A stretch of 12,811 bases of DNA, from assembly GCA_037133055.1 (NCBI GenBank), contig JBAXOY010000089.1, positions 1 through 12,811 of the forward strand. The letters are read 5' to 3'. Source of the DNA: Chlamydiota bacterium. GTDB taxonomy: Bacteria > Auribacterota > Tritonobacteria > UBA1439. Below the pieces are notes generated by a model. That model was not told the origin of the DNA and ran no database searches. It worked only from the letters and a program-made list of their open reading frames with translations. The position numbers and the translations under genes are program-made. Below, in pieces: positions 6,498 to 12,811 of this stretch (within the stretch, counting starts at the first letter, position 1; each line of letters starts with the position of its first letter).

Positions 6498-7421
6498 TCA
6501 ACATTCTCTTGGGCAATCAGATATCGTGGCTCGACCCCAATCCGCCTTCCACTCCACGCGGCCGAGCGCCTCGCCGAGCAGCCTGAATTCCTCAACGCCG
6601 AGGCGTTCCGGCCGCACCGCGGGATCAATGCCGGCGGAGGCGAACGCCCCGCGGAGCGTCTCCGCGGCCGGGTGCCCCTTCAGGGCGCGCTTCAAGACCG
6701 TGCCTATCGACTTCCGCCGCTGGGAGAAAAGGAGGCGCACCAGGGAGAAAAACGCCGCCTCTTCGGCGGCAGGGATCAAGGGGCTCGGCCGGGACCTGAA
6801 GACCACGACGGACGAGTCCACCCCCGGCCTCGGGTAAAACGCCCCGGGCGCGATCGTGAATGCCTCCCCCGTCTCCGCGCGGCACCGGCAGAGCACCGTG
6901 AAGGCGCCGTACTCCTTCCCGCCGGGGGGGGCGGTGATCCTCCGGGCGAGCTCGCGCTGGACGGTGAGGACCATGCACGACCAGTCATCCGAGGCTCCCA
7001 GGAGCCGCGCGATCAGGGGGCCGCTGATGGAGTACGGGATATTGGAGACGACCTTCACGCGGCGCCCGCGTGCCGCCATGCCCTTGAGGAGCCCGGGGAT
7101 ATCGCACGTGAGCGCGTCGGCGTGGATAAGTTCGAAGGTCCGGCAGTCGCGGAAACGGTCGCGCAGCCACGCCGCGAGCCTTCGATCGCTCTCGACCGCG
7201 ACCACGCGTCCGGCCGCCGCGAGGAGGGCGCCGGTGAGCGCCCCGAGGCCGGGGCCGATCTCGAGGACCGCGTCATCCGGGGTGAGGGAGGCGAGGCCGG
7301 CGATCCTCTCCGCCACTTCACGGCGGATGAGAAACGTCTGCCCCCGCCTCTTGCTGGGAGCGATGCCCAGGGAGGCGAGGATTCCCTTCACGGAGCCCGG
7401 GACGGCGTCAGCGGTTCCCAC
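6498..7421 (-). CDS. rsmA: 16S rRNA (adenine(1518/1519)-N6)-dimethyltransferase RsmA/KsgA
   Basis: KRRGQTFL, VLEIGPGLGALT (SAM binding), VVSNIPYSIS, KEYG, FYPRPGVDS, FSQRRK, RPERL. GTG start overlaps the end of pdxA; pdxA-rsmA synteny is conserved. Confidence 0.95.
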   Translation of the reverse strand: MGTADAVPGSVKGILASLGIAPSKRRGQTFLIRREVAERIAGLASLTPDDAVLEIGPGLGALTGALLAAAGRVVAVESDRRLAAWLRDRFRDCRTFELIHADALTCDIPGLLKGMAARGRRVKVVSNIPYSISGPLIARLLGASDDWSCMVLTVQRELARRITAPPGGKEYGAFTVLCRCRAETGEAFTIAPGAFYPRPGVDSSVVVFRSRPSPLIPAAEEAAFFSLVRLLFSQRRKSIGTVLKRALKGHPAAETLRGAFASAGIDPAVRPERLGVEEFRLLGEALGRVEWKADWGRATISDCPREC

Positions 7422-8427
7422 GTGCGCACATCCTCGCCGCGAGCAGCAGCGCCTCGGTCATGCTTTCGGGATCGGCGACGCCCTTTCCAGCGATGTCGAA
7501 CGCCGTCCCGTGGTCCGGCGAGGTCCTGACGACCGGGAGCCCGAGCGTCACGTTGACACCCCGGTCGAAGGCGAGCATCTTGAGGGGTATCAGCCCCTGG
7601 TCATGGTACATGGCGACGACGATGTCGAAACCCCTCCGGTTCCGCGCGACGAAGAACGTGTCGGCCGGGAACGGCCCGCGGGCGTCGATTCCCTCCCGCG
7701 CCGCCGCCCGTATCGCGGGGACGATCGCCGTGATCTCCTCCCGCCCGAACGCGCCGGCCTCGCCCGCGTGGGGGTTCAGGCCGCAGACGGCGACCCGCGG
7801 GTTACGGACCCCCATTCTCAGGCAGGCATCGCGCGCAAGCCTGATGGTCCGGAGGACCGCGGCGCGCGTGATGAGGCGGCTCACACGGACGATTGAGACG
7901 TGGATCGTCACGAGGACGACGCGCAGGCCCCGCCCCGTGAGCATCATGGCGTGTTCCTTCACGCCGGTGAGATGCGCCAGGAAATCGGTGTGGCCCTGGA
8001 GGCGATACCCCGCGCGGTGGATCGCCTCCTTGCAGATCGGGGCCGTGACGATGCCGTCCGCCTCTCCCGCGCGCGCCGCGCGGACCGCGTAACGGACATA
8101 CTGCATCGCGGCCGCGCCGTAGTCCCCGCGAACCGCCGCCCAGCGATGTGCGCGGACAGAAGCGCAGGGGTTGATCACGGGAATCGCGGAGGTCTCCGCG
8201 GGGAGGGCGTCCATCCCCCGCGCGTGGATGAGCGGCGCGGGGCGGCGCAGGAGGCCCGCGCACTTCCGGAGAACGGCGATGTCGCCGATGAGGACCGGGC
8301 GGCACGCGCGGCGCACGGAATTCCGCGATACCGCTTTCAGGGCCACCTCCGGGCCTATGCCGCCGGGGTCCCCCATCGTCACGGCGAGAATCGGCTTCTC
8401 GCGGGAAATGCGCGCGCGCGCCGTCAT
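7408..8427 (-). CDS. pdxA: 4-hydroxythreonine-4-phosphate dehydrogenase PdxA
   Basis: TMGDPGGIGPEV, VTAPICK, GHTDFL, GLNPHAGE, GPFPADT, AMYHDQGLIPLK, RTSPDHGTAFDIAGKG. Confidence 0.96.
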   Translation of the reverse strand: MTARARISREKPILAVTMGDPGGIGPEVALKAVSRNSVRRACRPVLIGDIAVLRKCAGLLRRPAPLIHARGMDALPAETSAIPVINPCASVRAHRWAAVRGDYGAAAMQYVRYAVRAARAGEADGIVTAPICKEAIHRAGYRLQGHTDFLAHLTGVKEHAMMLTGRGLRVVLVTIHVSIVRVSRLITRAAVLRTIRLARDACLRMGVRNPRVAVCGLNPHAGEAGAFGREEITAIVPAIRAAAREGIDARGPFPADTFFVARNRRGFDIVVAMYHDQGLIPLKMLAFDRGVNVTLGLPVVRTSPDHGTAFDIAGKGVADPESMTEALLLAARMCARGNR

Positions 8428-8428
8428 A

Positions 8429-9442
8429 TCACTTCACCATCGAGATGTAGGCCTTCTTCCTGAGTCGGGCGAGCCATTCGTCGCGCTTCACCCCGGCCTT
8501 CTCCCGGAAGAGCTTGTCCTCGATTGCCTTGTACACCCCCGCCAGCGACTTCACGGTGGCGGGTTTTTTCTCGTGGAGCATGATAAGGTGGTATCCGAGC
8601 GTCGATTTCACGATGCCGCTGTGCGCGCCCGGTTCGAGGGCGAACGCGGCGTCCTCGAGTTCCCTGTTCCAGTGCCCGCGCCCGATGAACCCCCAGTCGC
8701 CGCCCTTCTGCGCGTACGGGCAGTTCGAATATTTCCTTGCAAGTTCCGCAAACGATTCGCCGGCATCGAGCCGCGAGAGCACCTCCCTCGCCATCCGCTC
8801 CGCCTCTCCCGGCTTCTCCGGCGTATCCTTGATCCAGATCTGGCTCACGTGAATCTTCTCGCCCTCCGTGAACTCCTTCGGGTGCGCCTCGTAGAACGCC
8901 TTGATCTCCGCCGGCGAGACGCCGCACCGCGCAGAGACCTCCTTGATGAGCATCGCCCGCACCAGGGTGCGCTGCTCCTCCTGTGCGCGGTACCCGTCCA
9001 TCGTGAACCCCTGGCGCTTGAGGCTTTTCTGGAACTCCTCCTCGGAGGGGAACTTGGCCTTCACCTCCGCGATGGACTGCTCGACCTCCTTCGCGAAGTC
9101 GTCTCCCATCTGCTCCCTGATCTTCTGCCTCTTCGCATCCTGGATGATGAGTCTCTCCTCGACGAGGTGGTTGAGGACGTCGCGGCGCGCCTTCTGGAGC
9201 ATCGTGAAGAGCTCCGCGCCGGAGTAGATCTGTTCGTACTGCTCGAAAACGGGCGAGAGGATCTTCTCGATCTCGGAGTAGGTGATGATCTCGTCGTTCA
9301 CGACCGCGACGATCTGCTCCTTGATCTCGGCCTGCGCAGGGGGGCGGGGAGCCGCGCACAGAAGGAGGATGGCCGGGGCCGCGCGCAGGGCGCACGCGGT
9401 CGGGCGACGCCGGCAACCCGGTATCACGAAGGCGAATCGCAT
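8429..9442 (-). CDS. surA: SurA-like periplasmic chaperone / PpiC-type peptidyl-prolyl isomerase (single rotamase domain)
   Basis: ATG 9442 follows AAGGTG. Signal peptide, then IVAVVNDEIITYSEI (SurA N domain) and IHVSQI...FAELARKYS..GGDWG..AAFAL..GYHLI (parvulin). Directly upstream of pdxA-rsmA. Confidence 0.85.
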   Translation of the reverse strand: MRFAFVIPGCRRRPTACALRAAPAILLLCAAPRPPAQAEIKEQIVAVVNDEIITYSEIEKILSPVFEQYEQIYSGAELFTMLQKARRDVLNHLVEERLIIQDAKRQKIREQMGDDFAKEVEQSIAEVKAKFPSEEEFQKSLKRQGFTMDGYRAQEEQRTLVRAMLIKEVSARCGVSPAEIKAFYEAHPKEFTEGEKIHVSQIWIKDTPEKPGEAERMAREVLSRLDAGESFAELARKYSNCPYAQKGGDWGFIGRGHWNRELEDAAFALEPGAHSGIVKSTLGYHLIMLHEKKPATVKSLAGVYKAIEDKLFREKAGVKRDEWLARLRKKAYISMVK

Positions 9443-9505
9443 GGCATGCACCTTCCGCCTCGGAGAGCGCAACGGGGGTATCGGGGTTCGCCGCAACAGG
9501 ACGTG

Positions 9506-9586
9506 CTACTTCTTGCCCTGTGACTTTTTTACCATGATCAGCGCTATAATGAGCACTACGAAAAATGCGATGGCGATAATTTGCAT
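9506..9586 (-). CDS. 26-aa single-pass membrane microprotein MQIIAIAFFVVLIIALIMVKKSQGKK
   Basis: Translated by hand (below the ORF-track cutoff). GGAGG lies 6 nt before the ATG. 18 consecutive hydrophobic residues precede a Lys-rich tail; TAG at 9508-9506. Confidence 0.75.
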   Translation of the reverse strand: MQIIAIAFFVVLIIALIMVKKSQGKK

Positions 9587-9631
9587 CACATCCCTCCGGG
9601 GGGCTCATCCGCCCCCGCATTGTGTCCCTCC

Positions 9632-9659
9632 ATTATACGGCATCGCGCCGAAAAGGCAA
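9632..9659 (-). promoter_or_regulatory. Sigma70-type promoter for the microprotein and possibly surA-pdxA-rsmA
   Basis: TTGCCT (9659-9654), 16 bp spacer, perfect TATAAT (9637-9632) in GC-rich DNA. Confidence 0.7.
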
Positions 9660-9711
9660 CTGAAGAGTGCCGGGGGAGCGGGAGAGACCGGGGGCGCCGC
9701 CGCGGCGCCGG

Positions 9712-10791
9712 CTATGTCGCATGGGACAGCGCAAACCCGCGCGCCCCGGCGAAGGCGACGATCTCCCGCAGCAGCGGGTCATCGCTCCGGAGCACCTCTT
9801 CGAGATAGCGGTCGCGTCCCTCCCGGTACGCGCGAAGATCGAACACGCCCGAGTAGCGGTCGAGAAGCCCCGCGATCTCAAGGGTCAGCAGGGTCCGCAT
9901 GCACTTCCAGCAGGCGGAGCAGTTCCCCGCCGCCTCGCCGCGCACGCACACGTCCAGAGAACCGTGCGAGTCGCCGATCCCGGCCACGCACAGCGTCTTT
10001 TCGACCCGCGTGTATTCGCTCCCGACGCACAACACGTCGAGCGCCTCCGGGGAGAGGAGCGGAAGCGTGACGGGTTCGCTGTAGCCCATGGTGCAGGCGG
10101 GCCCCACGAACGTGGAGGCATACTCGTAGGAGGAGGCGCACAGATAGCGCCCGATACCGCGCTGCAGCAGGAGCGCCGCGGAGACGGTGCGCGGCGTGTG
10201 GGTGCTCTGGTAATTGAACCCCGTGTAGAATTCGGTCACATTGGAGTCGACGGCGATGAACGGGAGCCCGATCCGCTCCGCCACGGGCTTCAGTCGCGCG
10301 TAGCGCTCCCTGAAGAGACGCGCGCCGCCCGCGCCGTGCGAACCGACGTTGAAGTGGAAAAGATGCGTCAGGCGGAATCCCGGCGCCGCGTCCGCATAGT
10401 GATGGTCCGCGAGGACGGAGAAAGAGTCGATCCCGCCCGAGAAGCCCGTCGCCACACCCGATGCCCCATGGGGCGCGGGCCGGATCTCCGCGGGGCGGAT
10501 GCGGACCGGGCGCAGCGAGGGGATAATGTGCCGCACCACCCTCTGGTAGGGTCCGGAGAGGGTGTAGTGAAGCTTCTCGGAAATCGTGCCCGCGACGACG
10601 ATATCCTCTCCGAGCGCCATGGCCGGGATGAGGAGCGCGACGAGGGCCGCGTCGGAGCGCTCCGAGACAAGATCGGCGTATTCGCCGCTCAGGCTGAACC
10701 AGAGTTCCCTGTCGGTTCCCGACGTGCGAACGCCGACGCGGTAGCGCAGGTCGTCGCCCAGTCGGACAATTTCCGGCGCGCCGATTTCCAT
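9712..10791 (-). CDS. Uncharacterised PP-loop (QueC-like) nucleotide-binding protein with a four-Cys Zn motif, 359 aa
   Basis: ATG 10791 follows GGGGAG. ATGFSGGIDSF is an SGGxDS PP-loop; LDVCVRGEAAGNCSACWKC is C-x8-C-x2-C-x2-C. Confidence 0.75.
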   Translation of the reverse strand: MEIGAPEIVRLGDDLRYRVGVRTSGTDRELWFSLSGEYADLVSERSDAALVALLIPAMALGEDIVVAGTISEKLHYTLSGPYQRVVRHIIPSLRPVRIRPAEIRPAPHGASGVATGFSGGIDSFSVLADHHYADAAPGFRLTHLFHFNVGSHGAGGARLFRERYARLKPVAERIGLPFIAVDSNVTEFYTGFNYQSTHTPRTVSAALLLQRGIGRYLCASSYEYASTFVGPACTMGYSEPVTLPLLSPEALDVLCVGSEYTRVEKTLCVAGIGDSHGSLDVCVRGEAAGNCSACWKCMRTLLTLEIAGLLDRYSGVFDLRAYREGRDRYLEEVLRSDDPLLREIVAFAGARGFALSHAT

Positions 10792-10824
10792 GTGGATCTC
10801 CCCCGTTCCGCAGACGTTGTATGT

Positions 10825-10845
10825 AATTAACTCGCAATCAGCGAG
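10825..10845 (-). terminator. Weak possible terminator or regulatory hairpin after mfd
   Basis: Minus strand CTCGC-TGATT-GCGAG followed by TTAATT. The stem is short and the U-tract poor. Confidence 0.3.
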
Positions 10846-10887
10846 AAGGGCACGCACACCGCGCATAACGGACCTCGCCGGGCGGGG

Positions 10888-12810
10888 TCATAGCCGGCGC
10901 AGCGTTTCGCGTATCTCGCGCACCGCGTCGAGGGGTTTCTTCGCAACGAGGCGCGGGTAGCGGCCGCCGGGGCGAAGGTCCTCCCCGTGCCTGACCGCGA
11001 CGATCCTGTCCTCCTGGAGCGACACCGACCGGATCCCCCGCTCACGCGCGGCGAGCTTCAGCCGGCAGATCTCAAGAAGGAGCCCGGCCTCGCCCGGCAG
11101 GGGCCCGAACCGGTCCCGCATCTCCGCCCCGACCGCCTCCACATCCCGGGGAGAGGAGATCTCCCCCATCCTCTTGTACAGGTCTATCCTCTGCGATTCC
11201 GACGGCACATACGCCGCGGATACCCCCGCCCGATACGGCAGGTTCACCTCGATATCCTCGATGCCGGTCACCGCCTTGCCCCTCATCTGGTCGATGCTCC
11301 TCTTCAGCAGCTTGCAGTAGAGATCAAAGCCTATGGCGGCGATGTGGCCGTGCTGCTCGTGCCCGAGGATATTGCCCGCGCCCCGTATCTCCAGGTCGCG
11401 CAGCGCGATCTTGAACCCCGCGCCGAGGCCCGGGTGGTCGAGTAGCGCCTTCAGCCTCTTGCGCGCGTCGTCGAGGAGCCAGTCGCCCGGCGGGTAGAGC
11501 AGGTAGGCGTAGGCGCGGTGCTTGTAGCGGCCGACGCGGCCCCGAAGCTGGTAGAGCTCGGCGAGGCCGAAGCGGTCCGCGCGGTCGATGATGATGGTGT
11601 TGACGTTCGGGATGTCGAGGCCGGACTGGATTATGGTCGTGCAGACGAGGATGTCGATCCCCCCCTCGACGAACCGCCGCATCACATCCTCGAGCTCCTC
11701 GTCGCCCATCTGGCCGTGCCCGACGGCGACCGACGCCTCGGGGACGAGCGCCTCGATCGTCTCCTTCACCCGGCCGATCGTTTCGACCCGGTTGTGGACG
11801 AAGTAGACCTGCCCCTCCCGCCCGAGCTCGCGCCGGATTGCCTCCGCGATGACGCGCGCGTCGTACTCGCGGACTAGCGTCTCTATCGACAGCCGGTCCT
11901 CCGGCGGGGTCGCGATCGTGGACATGTCCCGTATCCCGGAGAGCGACAGGTAGAGCGTCCGGGGGATCGGCGTCGCCGTCATCGTGAGCACGTCCACCGT
12001 GAGCCGGAGCTTCTTCAGGCGCTCCTTGTGCCTCACGCCGAACCGCTGCTCCTCGTCGATGATGACGAGGCCGAGGTCCTTGAACGCCACGTCCGGCTGG
12101 ACCAGGCGGTGCGTGCCGATGACGATGTCCACTGTGCCGTCCCGAAGCCCGTCGAGCACCCCCGTCTGCTCCCGGTCCGTGCGGAACCGGCTGAGCATCT
12201 CGATCCTGACCGGGTAGTCGGCGAAACGGTCGGTGAAGGTGCGCAGGTGCTGCTGGGCGAGCACCGTCGTGGGGACAAGCACCGCGGCCTGCTTCCCGGC
12301 CATCACCGATTTGAAGGCCGCCCGCATCGCCACCTCGGTCTTCCCGTACCCGACATCGCCGCAGACGAGACGGTCCATCGGATGCGGGCTCTCCATGTCG
12401 CGTTTCATCTCCTCGATGGCCGTTGCCTGGTCGGGCGTCTCCTCGTAGATGAAGGCGTCCTCGAACTCCTTCTCCCATGCCTGCCCGCCCGGGAAGGCGA
12501 AACCGGGCTGGGCCTCCCGCGCCGCCTGGAGCTGCAGGATCTCCGCCGCGTAATCGAATATCGCCCGCTGCGCCGCCACCCGCGCGTTCTGCCAGCGCGC
12601 GCCGCCGAGCTTGTCGAGGAGCGGCGTGGTTTTCCCCACCCCGACATACCGCTCCACCAGCCCCGCCTGATCGAGGGGGACGTAGAGCTTCGCCTTCTCC
12701 TGATATTCCAGGATGAGGAACTCCTTCTCGATGCCGTCCTTCGAGAGTCTCGTCACGCCGCGATACACCCCTATCCCGTTCCCCGCGTGGACCACGTGAT
12801 CGCCGACCGC
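10888..12810 (-). CDS. mfd: Transcription-repair coupling factor Mfd (N-terminus lies beyond the window)
   Basis: The frame is open to the window edge ([14 protein letters not shown] polymerase interaction domain). [48 protein letters not shown] and the C-terminal TRCF domain (DRFGPLP) are present. Confidence 0.97.
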   Translation of the reverse strand, partial: AVGDHVVHAGNGIGVYRGVTRLSKDGIEKEFLILEYQEKAKLYVPLDQAGLVERYVGVGKTTPLLDKLGGARWQNARVAAQRAIFDYAAEILQLQAAREAQPGFAFPGGQAWEKEFEDAFIYEETPDQATAIEEMKRDMESPHPMDRLVCGDVGYGKTEVAMRAAFKSVMAGKQAAVLVPTTVLAQQHLRTFTDRFADYPVRIEMLSRFRTDREQTGVLDGLRDGTVDIVIGTHRLVQPDVAFKDLGLVIIDEEQRFGVRHKERLKKLRLTVDVLTMTATPIPRTLYLSLSGIRDMSTIATPPEDRLSIETLVREYDARVIAEAIRRELGREGQVYFVHNRVETIGRVKETIEALVPEASVAVGHGQMGDEELEDVMRRFVEGGIDILVCTTIIQSGLDIPNVNTIIIDRADRFGLAELYQLRGRVGRYKHRAYAYLLYPPGDWLLDDARKRLKALLDHPGLGAGFKIALRDLEIRGAGNILGHEQHGHIAAIGFDLYCKLLKRSIDQMRGKAVTGIEDIEVNLPYRAGVSAAYVPSESQRIDLYKRMGEISSPRDVEAVGAEMRDRFGPLPGEAGLLLEICRLKLAARERGIRSVSLQEDRIVAVRHGEDLRPGGRYPRLVAKKPLDAVREIRETLRRL

Positions 12811-12811
12811 G

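Noticed and set aside
4653..6509. Composite element bounded by GAGCCTGTCCGAGAAAT and inverted GAGAATGTTGAAAATAA
   Set aside because: Only about half the positions match, no target duplication was found and there is no transposase.
8424..9620. 398-aa alternative-frame ORF on the minus strand with GGAGGG before its ATG at 9620
   Set aside because: Arg/Gly/Pro-rich shadow frame over surA with no motifs. Its SD lies directly after the -10 box and is probably not transcribed from that promoter.
11620..11643. Mfd motif V variant TTIIQSGLD (usually IIESG/IIETG)
   Set aside because: Single conservative change with all other helicase motifs intact; insufficient to claim altered function.

Overview
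GC-rich bacterial chromosomal window with two convergent blocks. The left block (+) is a tightly overlapping ECF (energy-coupling factor) importer operon: a partial DUF4430/transcobalamin-like binding protein, EcfT, a fused double ATPase and a CbrT-like S component (probably cobalamin/corrinoid uptake), followed by a secreted STN-like, Pro-rich protein. The right block (-) is the housekeeping string mfd (partial)-surA-like PPIase-pdxA-rsmA. Between mfd and surA lie a QueC-like PP-loop/Zn protein and an unannotated 26-aa membrane microprotein with its own promoter. Downstream of rsmA are an AT-richer patch with hairpins, a probably leaderless RHH/PIN toxin-antitoxin pair and a TolB-like beta-propeller lipoprotein. 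Main oddities: His->Gln in both ATPase H-loops, four different short-period repeat families stacked in a 160-bp spacer inside the ECF operon, the microprotein and the orphan QueC-like enzyme. No CRISPR array, rRNA, tRNA or intact transposase was seen. All calls rest on motif recognition by eye; no searches were run.
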